In this document: one piece after another, positions 26,953-36,856 of the stretch
Position numbering within the stretch: the first letter of the stretch is position 1
Layout: each line of letters opens with the position of its first letter
NCBI GenBank assembly: GCA_964291495.2
Contig: OZ219872.1
Location: 192,001-256,000 of the forward strand
DNA: 64,000 nucleotides
Reading direction: 5' to 3'
From: Dehalococcoidia bacterium
GTDB taxonomy: Bacteria > Chloroflexota > Dehalococcoidia > UBA2979
Position numbers and translations under genes: made by a program
Notes under the pieces: generated by a model
What the model was told of the DNA's origin: nothing
What the model saw: the letters and a program-made list of their open reading frames with translations, nothing else
Database searches by the model: none

Positions 26953-27028
26953 TGGTGCCGAGGGGCAGATTTGAACTGCCGACACCGCGATTTTCAGTCG
27001 CGTGCTCTACCAACTGAGCTACCTCGGC
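26953..27028 (-). tRNA. tRNA-Phe(GAA)
   Basis: GCCGAGGTAGCTCAGTTGGTAGAGCACGCGACTGAAAATCGCGGTGTCGGCAGTTCAAATCTGCCCCTCGGCACCA; cloverleaf, CCA encoded. Confidence 0.97.
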
Positions 27029-27119
27029 GCGCGCGTGGATCGTACGCGAGGGCGCGAGGGCGAACAACAGCACTCGCGCCGTCAGTTGGCCTGGTGGATC
27101 GCCCTCCCCGGGCAGTGCG

Positions 27120-27536
27120 CTACTCCTCGTAGCCTTCCGGCGGCTCCTCGAACGTCAGGTGGCGGTGCTTGATCTTCCACTCGCCGTCGACCTTGACCAG
27201 CTTGTCGCGGTAGACGCCGGTGACGCCCGTGCTGGAGGCCGCGCCGGTGTTCACCATCATCAGCATGGTGGTCATCGACGCCTCGTCGCCGTCGCCATCG
27301 ATAACGGGGTTGCCCATCCAGTGGCGGCTGCCGGTGTCGCCGCCGATCTTGCCCGCCCCCGCCGAGAATGCCCTTAGTGCGTCGTGGCCCTCGAACAGGC
27401 CGACGGGCCGCGCGTCGAAAACACCGTCCGGCGTGAAGCAGTTCGCGTAGTCGTCCGGCTGAATGAAGTCGAAGGCCTGCGCGTAGCGGTAGGCGAGGTT
27501 GAGGATCGCGAGGTGGTCCTCGACGGGCAGCGGCAT
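27120..27536 (-). CDS. SnoaL/NTF2-like protein
   Basis: D.LAI..L..RY...D, CFTPDG, RHWM.N.VI.GDGD.A, Y.D.LVK.DGEWKI. Confidence 0.88.
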   Translation of the reverse strand: MPLPVEDHLAILNLAYRYAQAFDFIQPDDYANCFTPDGVFDARPVGLFEGHDALRAFSAGAGKIGGDTGSRHWMGNPVIDGDGDEASMTTMLMMVNTGAASSTGVTGVYRDKLVKVDGEWKIKHRHLTFEEPPEGYEE

Positions 27537-27642
27537 GACCGCACTCCTTCCCGGGCCGCTCCGGCGGCCCGACGCGGGGGCAGCATAGCAAGCTGTTCCC
27601 GCGTCGGGAGTCCCGCAGTCGGCCGACCCGCGAGAGTCGCGA

Positions 27643-28851
27643 CTACGAGGCGCCGGCCGGCGTCGCCTCCGGGTCGAACTCGGGAATCAGCTGCTCGCCG
27701 ACCAGGCGCATGCTCTTCTTGATCGCCTCGTGGGAGAGGTTGCCGACCTGCTGGAAGCACATCAGCCGGTCCAGGCCGATGTCGCGGTAGCGCTGCATCT
27801 TCTTCCGGCAGGTGTCGACGTCGCCGATGATCACCGTGTCCTGCTTGTTGAGGATCTCGTAGGCCTCCTCGTTGGTGATGTGCTCGCCGGAGACCATGCG
27901 GTTGAGCAGCCGCGTGAACTCGGTCTCCTCGACCTGCGCGGCGGCCTCCTCCTGCATCTCGGCCCACTCGGCCAGCGCGCTGCCGGGGTTGGCGGCCACG
28001 GCGGCGGCGAGCTCGTCGCCCGCCCGCAGCATGAACTCCCGCACCTCGAAGAAGTCGGACACGGTGTTGACGTACCAGGCGGCCGCGGCGGCCGCGCCGT
28101 TGTCGATCGCCTCCTGCTCGGTCTCCGCGCAGTGCACGAAGGTGAACAGCGCGACCTGGTCGTTCACGAACTTGCCGACCGGGTCGCAGTTCTTGATCTC
28201 CTCGCGGTAGATCGAGAGCATCGAGGCGACCGCCTCGATCGGGAAGTTGACGGTCGTGAGCAGCACGCCGACGCCGTTGCGCCCGGCCTGCTGGAAGCCT
28301 CCGGCGGTGCCCACCGCCTGCCAGAGCCGCGGGTGCGGCTTCTGGTAGGGCTTGGGGACGATGTTGCGGCGGTCGATCTGGAAGTTCTCGCTGTTCCAGG
28401 AGAACTCCTGCTCCGTCCAGATCGCGGGCAGCATCTCGAAGGCTTCCTGCATCTGGTTCCTGGCGTCGTCGGGGTCGATGTCGAACAGCCGCCACTCGGG
28501 CGCGGTCGAGCGCGCGAGGCCCACCTCGAGGCGGCCCTGGCTGACGTGGTCGAGGAAGGCGGCGCGCTCGGCCACGCGCACCGGATGGTTGAAGTTGAAC
28601 GGCGCGAGGACGGCGGCGTGGCCGACGCGCAGGTTCTTCGTCTGGTTGGCGATCGTCGTGAGCATGATCTCGGGCGCCGAGCTGTGGCTGAAGATGCCGG
28701 CGGCGTGGTGCTCCACCTCCCACCAGCAGCCGTAGCCGAGCTCGTCGGCAAGCCGCGCCTGCTCCAGCGTCTCCTGGATCAGGACGTGCTCGTGGTCCTC
28801 GCCCCAGGACTCCTCGGCCTTCTGAACCTCGCAAAAGATGTCGATCTTCAT
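27643..28851 (-). CDS. Luciferase-like (LLM) flavin-dependent monooxygenase
   Basis: ADELGY...[36 protein letters not shown]; ATG after GAAGG. Confidence 0.92.
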   Translation of the reverse strand: MKIDIFCEVQKAEESWGEDHEHVLIQETLEQARLADELGYGCWWEVEHHAAGIFSHSSAPEIMLTTIANQTKNLRVGHAAVLAPFNFNHPVRVAERAAFLDHVSQGRLEVGLARSTAPEWRLFDIDPDDARNQMQEAFEMLPAIWTEQEFSWNSENFQIDRRNIVPKPYQKPHPRLWQAVGTAGGFQQAGRNGVGVLLTTVNFPIEAVASMLSIYREEIKNCDPVGKFVNDQVALFTFVHCAETEQEAIDNGAAAAAAWYVNTVSDFFEVREFMLRAGDELAAAVAANPGSALAEWAEMQEEAAAQVEETEFTRLLNRMVSGEHITNEEAYEILNKQDTVIIGDVDTCRKKMQRYRDIGLDRLMCFQQVGNLSHEAIKKSMRLVGEQLIPEFDPEATPAGAS

Positions 28852-29031
28852 GTCCGCGCCTTCCCGACGTGCCCTCGTGTTCCAGCGGCGCAGCCTAGAC
28901 CACGTCCGCGCAACACGCAGCACCGCCGACGGCGTACCATGGATGAAGCGGCGGCGGGGATCCCAACCATCCGAGGGCATGCCTCGACCTGCCGCGATCC
29001 GCAACACACGTACGTACCGAGAGGCGCAGCG

Positions 29032-29688
29032 ATGTCCTGGTTCTTCGGCAAAAAGATGGAGCTCCCGACGGCGGAGGAGGCACTGCCGGGCCGCGACGAG
29101 CGCATGCCCGTCCCCGACGAGCACTACGTCCACGGCCGGCCCCTCGAGGGACCGTTCCCGGACGGCAGCGAGCTGGCGATGTTCGGGATGGGCTGCTTCT
29201 GGGGCGCGGAGCGCATCTTCTGGCAGCTCCCCGGCGTCTACACCACCGCCGTCGGCTACGCCGCCGGCCTCACGCCGAACCCCACCTACCGCGAGGTCTG
29301 CAGCAGCCTGACCGGCCACAACGAGGTTGTCCTCGTCGTCTTCGACCCCGAGCAGATCAGCTACGACGAGCTGCTGCGCGCCTTCTGGGAGGGGCACGAC
29401 CCGACGCAGGGCATGCGCCAGGGCAACGACGTCGGCACGCAGTACCGCTCCGGCATCTACACCTACAACGAGGCGCAGCGCGAGGCCGCCGAGCGCAGCC
29501 GCGACCAGTACCAGGAGGCGCTGCGCGCCTCCCGCTACGGCACGATCACGACCGAGATCCTCGACGCCCCCGAGTTCTACTACGCCGAGCACCCCCACCA
29601 GCAGTACCTGGCGAAGAACCCCAACGGCTACTGCGGTATCGGCGGCACCGGGGTGAGCTGCCCAGTCGGCCTGGTGCAGGCGAACTAG
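29032..29688 (+). CDS. msrA: Peptide-methionine (S)-S-oxide reductase
   Basis: [47 protein letters not shown]. Confidence 0.97.
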   Translation: MSWFFGKKMELPTAEEALPGRDERMPVPDEHYVHGRPLEGPFPDGSELAMFGMGCFWGAERIFWQLPGVYTTAVGYAAGLTPNPTYREVCSSLTGHNEVVLVVFDPEQISYDELLRAFWEGHDPTQGMRQGNDVGTQYRSGIYTYNEAQREAAERSRDQYQEALRASRYGTITTEILDAPEFYYAEHPHQQYLAKNPNGYCGIGGTGVSCPVGLVQAN

Positions 29689-29689
29689 C

Positions 29690-30736
29690 TTGCCCTTCGG
29701 CTCGGGCGGGAGGCCGCACCTCGGCATCTCGTTCCGCACCGACGACCTCGGGGACGCGGAGCGCGCGCGGCTGAGCGCCATGCTCGGCATCGCCGAGGAG
29801 GTCGGCATCTCGCGGATCGCGATCGGCGACTCGCAGTGGTCGCACTTCGACGCCGTGATCGTCGCCACGCTGATGGCCGAGCAGACCGAGCAGGCGATGG
29901 TCGGCATCTCGCCGACGAACCCGGTGACACGCGAGCCGAGCGTGATGGCCTCGGTGCTCGCCGGCCTCGACTCGCTCTCGAAGGGTCGTGCCTGCCTCGT
30001 CATGGCCTCGGGCGACACGGCCGCCTACAACGCCGGGCTCAAGCCCGGCCGGCGCGCCATGATCGAGGACTACGTGCAGTGCATGCGCGACCTAATCCGC
30101 ACGGGCCGCGCGACCTACCAGGGCCGCGAGCAGGTGGTGCGCTGGGCGCAGTGGTCGTACCGCCCGGAGGCGATGATCTACATCCTCGCCGAGGGCCCGC
30201 GCATGCTGCACCTCGCGGGTCGCATCGGCGACGGCGTCGTGATCGGCTCCGGGCTGCTCCCGGAGACCATCGAGGACGCCCTCGAACGCATCGAGGTGGG
30301 CGCGAAGGAGTCCGGCCGCACGCTCGACGACCTCGATATCTGGTGGACGGCGCGGCCCTCGCTCGAGCGGACGATGGAGGAGGCGATCGAGGTCGCGAAG
30401 GGCAGCATCTCCTCGGCGGGCAACCACTCGATGCGCTTCGGCTTCGAGGGCAAGAACGTCCCGCCGGAGCTGGCCCCGCAGCTCGAGCGCTTCGTCGCCG
30501 GCTACGACACGACGCAGCACCAGTTCGCGCACGGCGACAACGTGCGGCGCATGGAGGAGTCCGGCCTCACCGAGTACTTCTACGAGCGGTACGGCGTCGT
30601 GGGCGATCCGCCGGCCTTCGCCGCCCGCCTCCGCGAGCTCCAGTCACGAGGCGTCGACAAGGTCTGGTTCGCCTGGGGCGCCGGCAAGCTCCACCACCTC
30701 GAGCTGCTCCGCGACGAGGTGCTTCCCGCGCTATAA
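29690..30736 (+). CDS. LLM-class (F420/flavin-dependent, Mer-like) oxidoreductase
   Basis: TNPVTR.P.V.AS....LD.LS.GRA, A.GPRML.LAGRI.DGV; start uncertain (TTG). Confidence 0.85.
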   Translation: MPFGSGGRPHLGISFRTDDLGDAERARLSAMLGIAEEVGISRIAIGDSQWSHFDAVIVATLMAEQTEQAMVGISPTNPVTREPSVMASVLAGLDSLSKGRACLVMASGDTAAYNAGLKPGRRAMIEDYVQCMRDLIRTGRATYQGREQVVRWAQWSYRPEAMIYILAEGPRMLHLAGRIGDGVVIGSGLLPETIEDALERIEVGAKESGRTLDDLDIWWTARPSLERTMEEAIEVAKGSISSAGNHSMRFGFEGKNVPPELAPQLERFVAGYDTTQHQFAHGDNVRRMEESGLTEYFYERYGVVGDPPAFAARLRELQSRGVDKVWFAWGAGKLHHLELLRDEVLPAL

Positions 30737-30824
30737 GCGTGGCATGGCCGCCCGGGGCGGCGGCTATGCCGTGCCGGAGCGCCGCTGAGAGATGCCCGTC
30801 GCACGTTGCGGGTGCTATCTGGAG

Positions 30825-31694
30825 ATGCCGTTGCCCGTATTCATCAGCTACTCACACAACGACGCAGACTTTGCGGAAGAGCTAGCCAGCAACCTCGTCC
30901 GCGGGAACGTGCAAGTCTGGATCGATCGGTGGGAACTCCACGTCGGCGACTCGATCCTCACGCGAATTCAGGAAGCTATTGGTGGGGCGAGTGCGCTCAT
31001 TGTCATCCTATCCCAGTCGTCAGTCGAGTCGGAATGGTGCAAGAAGGAACTGAACGCCGGGCTCGTCCGTGAACTGGATGAGAAGCGCGTAGTAGTCTTG
31101 CCCGTGCTGGTCGACGATTGCGAAATCCCGCTCTTCCTTCGCGACAAGTTCTATGCGGACATGAGGACAGACTACGATCGCGGATTGCGGCAGATACTCG
31201 AAGCCGTTGCCAGTGTGACGACACCCTACATGGCGCGCATAGACGAACCAGAGTGGACCATCGACTACTCGATGGACTGGGGCGAGATCGATGGTTTTCT
31301 CTTGCTGTCGCTGTACATTCTCGAGTGGGCCCGAGACCAGCCATATTCTGCCATGTCAAGAGTCGACATTCTCGGGAATCGTGAAGCTACAAGTCACTAC
31401 CGGGCCCGAGCAGCGCTCGGCGAAGAAGCTCAAGTATTGGATTCACTTACCGGCTTCGCCGCAGCCTCGGTTACCGAGAGTCCCGAGCTCGTAGTCGTCT
31501 TGGAGGACACCTTCCCGAAGACGAGTGAACGCATCGTTCGACCCGCTGAACTCCCTGGGGCTGAACTCGTCGTCCATACAGAGTCTAGACGACTCGGAAC
31601 GGACACTGGTCGAGACGTTCGCCTTAGGCTAGGAAATCAGATCGCCATGGTGCATCAGCGGATGCTGGATGTCTCCGCTCGTCCAAAGAGCTAG
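30825..31694 (+). CDS. TIR-domain protein with uncharacterised C-terminal domain
   Basis: VFISYSH.D, VWID...L.VGDS, SEWCKKEL (putative catalytic Glu), VLPVL; visibly lower GC than flanks. Confidence 0.88.
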   Translation: MPLPVFISYSHNDADFAEELASNLVRGNVQVWIDRWELHVGDSILTRIQEAIGGASALIVILSQSSVESEWCKKELNAGLVRELDEKRVVVLPVLVDDCEIPLFLRDKFYADMRTDYDRGLRQILEAVASVTTPYMARIDEPEWTIDYSMDWGEIDGFLLLSLYILEWARDQPYSAMSRVDILGNREATSHYRARAALGEEAQVLDSLTGFAAASVTESPELVVVLEDTFPKTSERIVRPAELPGAELVVHTESRRLGTDTGRDVRLRLGNQIAMVHQRMLDVSARPKS

Positions 31695-31904
31695 TCCACC
31701 ATCCCCGAATACGATCCGCCGCTCCGGCCGGCACTCCGCGACGCTCTGATCTGCTACGCAGGGCAGTTCGAGGGCGATCCGTGTGGCATGACGGGGCTTC
31801 GAGCAACGGGGGGGCCGCGTGGTTCGTCGAGCCCGCGGATGCTGCGGAGCACATCGCGGCGCTCGCGCGGCGCGTTAAGGCGGTGGTGCGTGAACTGGCG
31901 GACT

Positions 31905-32105
31905 CTAGCGGCCGTCGGCCGCACAATCGCCTGCGCTGAAGTCGGCAGACCTCGAAGCCAGGTCCTCGCGCGCGGCCTCGGCGCGGCGCTCGGCTATCAG
32001 CTCGTCGGCGAGCGATCGCCCCTCAGGCACGTACTTGGCGAGGATCTCTTGCGCGCGCCTGATCGCCTTCGCGCGCTCTTCGCGGCTGGTCTTACGTTGT
32101 TCCAT
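31905..32105 (-). CDS. Small protein resembling the C-terminus of AbrB/VapB-type antitoxins
   Basis: AIRRAQEILAKYVPEGRSLADELIAERRAEA; TACGAT box 6 nt upstream of ATG. Confidence 0.55.
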   Translation of the reverse strand: MEQRKTSREERAKAIRRAQEILAKYVPEGRSLADELIAERRAEAAREDLASRSADFSAGDCAADGR

Positions 32106-32225
32106 GTGACGATCGTACCTGCCCGGCGCGCCGCGCGCTCTCCCTACGTCGGATCTGTGCGCGACTCCCTCAGCGGACCAACGTCGGGACCTGAATCGAC
32201 GCAATCCAAGCCACCCCACCGCCCC

Positions 32226-32253
32226 CTGGATTCCGGCTTTCGCCGGAATGACG
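32226..32253. repeat. Palindromic element CTGGATTCCGGCTTTCGCCGGAATGACG
   Basis: Exact reverse complement of the element at 7431; near-identical to copies at 62806 and 63238. Confidence 0.85.
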
Positions 32254-32268
32254 GCTGTATGGAGGTCT

Positions 32269-33315
32269 CTACACGCCACCCATCCCCGGCAACGGCTCGA
32301 TGCCCGTCTGCACCGCGGCGTCCGCGAGGCGCTGCCAGGTGCCGTCGTCGAGGTTGATGCCGTCGCGGCGGCGGCGGTCGCGGTTGCGGCGCTCCAGCTC
32401 GCCCGGCACCACGATCTCCTCGACGCCCTCCTGGCGCGGCGTCTCCCGGACGTAGTCGAGGAAGGCGCCGAACACGCCGACGTACTCCGTCGGCTCGCGG
32501 AACCGCGCGATGTCCACGGCGATCATTGTGGTGGCGCTGCCCGTGTGCTTGCCCAGCCCCGTCTGCGGCGCAAGCGCGCCCGCCAGCGCCGTCACCGCCA
32601 GCGAGAGGCCGAAGCCCTTGTGCCCGGCCGGCCCGCCGAGGGGCAGGATCGCCCCGCCCGCCTCGATCGCCGAGGGGTCGCGCGTGGGGCGGCCCTGCGC
32701 GTCGAGCACCAAGTCCGGGGGCAGCTGGTAGCCGGCGGCGTCGGCAACCTTCACCTTGCCGCCCGCGGTCACCGAGGTGGCCATGTCCAGCACGAACGGC
32801 TGCTCCGGATCGGGGGTCGGCGCGGCGACGACGATCGGGTTGGTGCCGAGCCGCCCCTCGGCGCCGCCGAAGGGCGCGACGCTGCGGCCCTGGCCCTGCA
32901 CCACTGCGATCGCGAGCATGCCCGCGCGCGCCGCCTGCTCGCCGTAGATGCCCATCCGCCCGGTGTGTGAGATCTCCCAGGCGACCGTAATGCCGATGCC
33001 ACCGGCGCGCGCCTTCTCGATCGCCAGGTCCATCGCCTCGCGCCCGACGACCTGGCCGTAGTTCCAGTTTCCACGCAGCAGCGTCGTCGTCTCCGTCTCG
33101 CGCACCACCTTGGAGGTGGCGCCGGGCACGATCAGCCCGGTCTCGATCTGCCCGAGGTACTGCGGCGCGCGGATCACGCCATGCGAGTCGTGGCCCGCGA
33201 GGTTGGAGTCGACCAGGTGGTCGGCCAGCTCGCGCGCGTCGTGCTCGGGGGAGTCGACGGCGAGGAAGATCCGCACGATGAAGTCGTTCAGGGCACTGCT
33301 CTGGACAACGGGCAT
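32269..33315 (-). CDS. Ldh_2-family (malate/L-lactate/sulfolactate) dehydrogenase
   Basis: GHDSHG, H.GR.G.Y, APFGG.E..LGTNP, LDMATS, GHKGFGL, PGE.E. Confidence 0.9.
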   Translation of the reverse strand: MPVVQSSALNDFIVRIFLAVDSPEHDARELADHLVDSNLAGHDSHGVIRAPQYLGQIETGLIVPGATSKVVRETETTTLLRGNWNYGQVVGREAMDLAIEKARAGGIGITVAWEISHTGRMGIYGEQAARAGMLAIAVVQGQGRSVAPFGGAEGRLGTNPIVVAAPTPDPEQPFVLDMATSVTAGGKVKVADAAGYQLPPDLVLDAQGRPTRDPSAIEAGGAILPLGGPAGHKGFGLSLAVTALAGALAPQTGLGKHTGSATTMIAVDIARFREPTEYVGVFGAFLDYVRETPRQEGVEEIVVPGELERRNRDRRRRDGINLDDGTWQRLADAAVQTGIEPLPGMGGV

Positions 33316-33385
33316 CGCGGGCCTCCCTCCGGGGGCGCTGCCCGCGGCCCTTGCCTTCTCGCGGCGGGGCGGCGAGGCTTGCGCC

Positions 33386-33823
33386 ATGAGCGCCGACGAC
33401 CGGCTCGCGATCATCGAGGCGATCCAGCGCTACTCGTACGCCGTCGACAGCCGCGACGCCGAGGCGTACACGGCGCTGTTCAGCATACGCGGCGTCTTCG
33501 AGGTCACCTCGGTCGCGCACCCGGAGCCGTTCATCCACGCCGAGGGCCACGAGGCGATCCTCGAGTGGGTGCGCCCGACGATGGAGCGCTGGGGCGACGC
33601 GCAGACACGCCACAACCAGTGCTGCACGGTCTTCGACGAGCTGTCGGCGGACACGGCGCGCACGCGCACGATGCTGCTCGAGTCCCGGATGCTGCCGGAT
33701 CGACAGATTCCGAGGCCCTGGACGCAGGGCGTCTACACGGACGACTGGGTGCGCGAGCCGGACGGCTGGCGCATCACCCGCCGCGCGCTCCACCTCGACA
33801 TCCCGCCTCGCCCGCAGCGCTGA
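33386..33823 (+). CDS. SnoaL/NTF2-like protein
   Basis: DRLAI.E.I.RY.YA.D.RD, TRH, GVY.D.WVR..DGWRI..R. Confidence 0.85.
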   Translation: MSADDRLAIIEAIQRYSYAVDSRDAEAYTALFSIRGVFEVTSVAHPEPFIHAEGHEAILEWVRPTMERWGDAQTRHNQCCTVFDELSADTARTRTMLLESRMLPDRQIPRPWTQGVYTDDWVREPDGWRITRRALHLDIPPRPQR

Positions 33824-33850
33824 GGAGCTGCCGGCGGGCGTGAGAACGGC

Positions 33851-34243
33851 TTAGCCGGCGACGCGCTCAGCCAAGCCCGTTTCGCGGGCCACGGCCGCCG
33901 CCAGCCAGCGGTTGAGGCTCATCCCTTTCTCGGCCGCGAGCATCGCGGCCCGCTGGTGGATGTCCGGACCGATCCGCAGGTACATCTGACCCGAATACTC
34001 CCGCGTCTCGAAGGGCTCGGGGATCAGTTGCCCGTCCTCAAGCATTGTCAGGATGACCCCGCGCAGCGCCTCGCCCGCCATCCCGATGGCCTCGCCGGGG
34101 TCATCGCCTTCGGAGATCACTCCGCTCATCTCAAGTACGCCGGATGTCCAGATCCCGTCCTCGCCGCGCACCGCGGTGAAGGTATAGGGGCGCTCCGCGA
34201 GCTGCCTCGCCCGTTCGCGCATCGCCTTCGTGACTCTAGCCAT
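33851..34243 (-). CDS. hicB: HicB-family antitoxin
   Basis: V.E..G.IS.GD...EA RNase H-like part; YSG...LRI.P..H...A..A...G.SLN.W ribbon-helix-helix. Confidence 0.9.
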   Translation of the reverse strand: MARVTKAMRERARQLAERPYTFTAVRGEDGIWTSGVLEMSGVISEGDDPGEAIGMAGEALRGVILTMLEDGQLIPEPFETREYSGQMYLRIGPDIHQRAAMLAAEKGMSLNRWLAAAVARETGLAERVAG

Positions 34244-34476
34244 CGCTCTGCTCCTCCACCTGCAGGGCCGTCCTGATCAGCCTCCGAACAGTTCCCGTGC
34301 CGCGAAGTCGCTGCGGGACGGACAGCCTGTGCGGGCCGTTCTTGTAGTAGTGGTGACCACCCTCCGTGCGGACATGGATCCAGCCCCGCTCCTCGAGCGC
34401 TCGGCGGGAGGTCGCGAGACCTGACGTTTCCGGCTCCGGCGAGCATCCGCCGGAGGTCGTAGTTCCGCCGATTCAT
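34236..34476 (-). pseudogene. hicA: HicA-family toxin, frameshifted (+1 nt)
   Basis: Deleting one base at 34406-34408 gives MNRRNYDLRRMLAGAGNVRSRDLRRALEERGWIHVRTEGGHHYYKNGPHRLSVPQRLRGTGTVRRLIRTALQVEEQSDG*, overlapping the hicB ATG. Confidence 0.8.
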
Positions 34477-34494
34477 AGTCGCACTATAGCGACT
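34477..34494 (-). promoter_or_regulatory. hicAB -10 box (TATAGT) inside a palindromic putative operator
   Basis: AGTCGC-ACTATA-GCGACT inverted repeat directly upstream of the hicA ATG. Confidence 0.65.
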
Positions 34495-34557
34495 GTCACG
34501 GCGCCAGTCACGCACGCCCGTCGCGGTCAGGCGCGCGGCGTGCTTCCCTTGGCGGCG

Positions 34558-35781
34558 ATGAGCGTGACGAATGCGCTGCTCCCGGGCGTCGACGCCGATG
34601 CGCGGCGGATGGTCGCGACGAGGGCGATCCGCTCCCTCGGCGACGGGTTCGCCAGCGTCGCGCTCGCCGCCTACCTGAGCGAGCGCGGCTTCAACGCCTT
34701 CGAGATCGGCGCGCTCGTGACCGTCGCGCTGTTCGGGAAGTCCGTCGCGACGCTGATCGCGGGCTTCGTCGTCGATCACTTCGGGCGGCGGCGCACGCTG
34801 ATGGCCGGGTCGCTGTTCGTGAGTGCGAGCGGCGTCGCGTTCGCCCTCGCCGAGCCGTACTGGCTGCTGCTGGTCGTCGCCTTCTTCGGCACGATGAGCC
34901 CGAGCGCGGGCGACTTCTCGCTGTTCCAGCCGGTCGAGCAGGCGGCGCTGGCGACGACGACCGAGACACGCCGGCGCACCTGGGTCTACGCCCGCTACAC
35001 GCTGTTCGGCTCGCTCGCCTTCGCCCTCGGCTCGCTCGCCAGCGGCGCGGCGGGGCCGGTCGCCGACATCACCGGGGTGGAGCTCGCCACGACGCTGCGC
35101 TGGGCCTTCGCCCTCTACGGGCTGACCGGCATCGCGATGCTCGTCACCTACCGCCCGCTCAGCCCGGCGGTCGAGCTGGAGACCAGCGACAAGGCGCCGC
35201 GCGGCCAGCTGCGGGAGTCGCGAGGCACGGTGTTCCGCCTCTCGAGTCTCTTTGCCGTCGACGCCTTCGGGGGCGGCCTCGCCGTGCAGGCGGTGATGGC
35301 GGTCTGGCTGTTCGATCGCTTCGGCATCTCTATCGAGGAGGCGGCGGTGATCTTCTTCGCGGCGCGGCTGCTCAGCACCTTCTCGCTGCTGCTCGCGCCG
35401 CCGATCACCGCGCGCATCGGCATCATCGAGACGATGGCTTACGCGCACCTGCCGGCGAACATCGCGCTGATGGTCGCCCCGCTGATGCCGACGCTGCCGC
35501 TGGTCCTCGTGGCGTTGTTCGTGCGGCAGGCGCTCTCGCCGATCGACATCGCGCCGCGCACGACGCTGATCGTCTCGGTCGTCTCGCCCGAGGAGCGCGC
35601 GCCCGCGGCGAGCGTCACGAACGTGGTGCGCACGCTCTCCGCCGCGGCAAGCCCCGCGCTCGGCGGCGCCCTGCTCTCGGTGGGTCCGTGGGGGCTGCCG
35701 CTGCTCGTGGGCGGCGCGCTCAAGGCTGGCTACGACGCCGCCCTGCTCGTCGTGTTCCGCCGCATCCAGCTCCGCGACTAA
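34558..35781 (+). CDS. MFS transporter
   Basis: About 12 TM helices; G..VDHFGRRRTL motif A. Confidence 0.9.
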   Translation: MSVTNALLPGVDADARRMVATRAIRSLGDGFASVALAAYLSERGFNAFEIGALVTVALFGKSVATLIAGFVVDHFGRRRTLMAGSLFVSASGVAFALAEPYWLLLVVAFFGTMSPSAGDFSLFQPVEQAALATTTETRRRTWVYARYTLFGSLAFALGSLASGAAGPVADITGVELATTLRWAFALYGLTGIAMLVTYRPLSPAVELETSDKAPRGQLRESRGTVFRLSSLFAVDAFGGGLAVQAVMAVWLFDRFGISIEEAAVIFFAARLLSTFSLLLAPPITARIGIIETMAYAHLPANIALMVAPLMPTLPLVLVALFVRQALSPIDIAPRTTLIVSVVSPEERAPAASVTNVVRTLSAAASPALGGALLSVGPWGLPLLVGGALKAGYDAALLVVFRRIQLRD

Positions 35782-36746
35782 CCGGCCGAGGGCGCAAGCG
35801 CCCGGGCGACCCGCTCGAAGTCCGGCAGGCGGGGCAGCAGCAACGCCTCCGCCACGCCGGCGGCGCGGTACTCCTCGATCCGCTCCCGGCAGCGCTCCGC
35901 GTCGCCGAGCAGCACGAAGGCTTCGACGAGCGCGTCGTCGACGAGGCGCGCAGCCTCGGACGGGCCTGCCGAGGCGATCGTCTCGCGCAGGCGGGGGGCG
36001 AGCGCCGGGTCGAAGCCGCCCCACTCGAGCAGCACTTCGCCGGTGAACGCCTCGGCGAGCAGGCTGGCGAGCCGTTCGCGGAGTTGCGGGAGCAGCTCGT
36101 CGGGCCGGTCCGTGAGGCGCACGACGAGCATGCAGGCGATCCGCACGGCGTCGGGGTCGCGGCCCGCCTCGCGGGCGGCGTCGCGCACCTCGGCGACGGC
36201 GCGGCGCACGTAGTCGGCCGGGGCGTAGGCGTTGAGCACCACGCCGTCGGCGACGGCTCCCGCGAGGCGCAGCGCCCGAGGGCCGATCGCGGCGACGTAG
36301 ATCGGCACACGTTCGCTGCTCGGCGTCAGCGCAAGCCGCACGCCCTCGACGGGCTCGCCGGAGAGCAGCGCGCGCACCGACTCGACGGCCTCGCGCAGGC
36401 GCTCGCGCGGGCGGCCGTAGGGGATGCCGAGAGCGCCCTCGATGACCTCGCGCTCACTGCGGCCGAGGCCGAGGATGAGTCGGCCGCCGGAGAGGTGATC
36501 GAGCGTGGCCGCGGCCATCGCCAGCAGCGCCGGCGGGCGCGTGTAGGGATTGACCACGCCGACGCCGAGGTCGATCCGCTCCGTCCCCGCCGCGAGGAAG
36601 CCGAGCAGCGCGGCGGTCTCCTCGTGGAAGTAGCGCTCGGTGACCCACAGCGAGTCGTAGCCGAGGCGCTCCGTGAGCTGCCCGTAGCCGCGCAACTGCG
36701 CGCCGTCCTCGATGCCGTGGTGCAGCACCATGCCAAGCTGTGACAT
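35778..36746 (-). CDS. LLM-class flavin/F420-dependent oxidoreductase
   Basis: ERLGYDSLWVTE, NPYTR.PALLAMAAATLD.LSGGRLILGLG, AAIGPRALRLAG.VADGV. Confidence 0.9.
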   Translation of the reverse strand: MSQLGMVLHHGIEDGAQLRGYGQLTERLGYDSLWVTERYFHEETAALLGFLAAGTERIDLGVGVVNPYTRPPALLAMAAATLDHLSGGRLILGLGRSEREVIEGALGIPYGRPRERLREAVESVRALLSGEPVEGVRLALTPSSERVPIYVAAIGPRALRLAGAVADGVVLNAYAPADYVRRAVAEVRDAAREAGRDPDAVRIACMLVVRLTDRPDELLPQLRERLASLLAEAFTGEVLLEWGGFDPALAPRLRETIASAGPSEAARLVDDALVEAFVLLGDAERCRERIEEYRAAGVAEALLLPRLPDFERVARALAPSAG

Positions 36747-36856
36747 CGCCGCTCCCCTCGCTCCGAGGGTCGCGCAGCCATCGAGGGCGGGTCAACGCGT
36801 CGCGCTGCCTCATGCGCGCGGGAGCGCTACCATCCGCGGTGGGGACGGGGTGCGGC

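Noticed and set aside
31700-31910. Possible HEPN or toxin gene remnant (AWFVEPADAAEHIAAAR)
   Set aside because: No start codon or continuous frame; similarity too weak to support by eye
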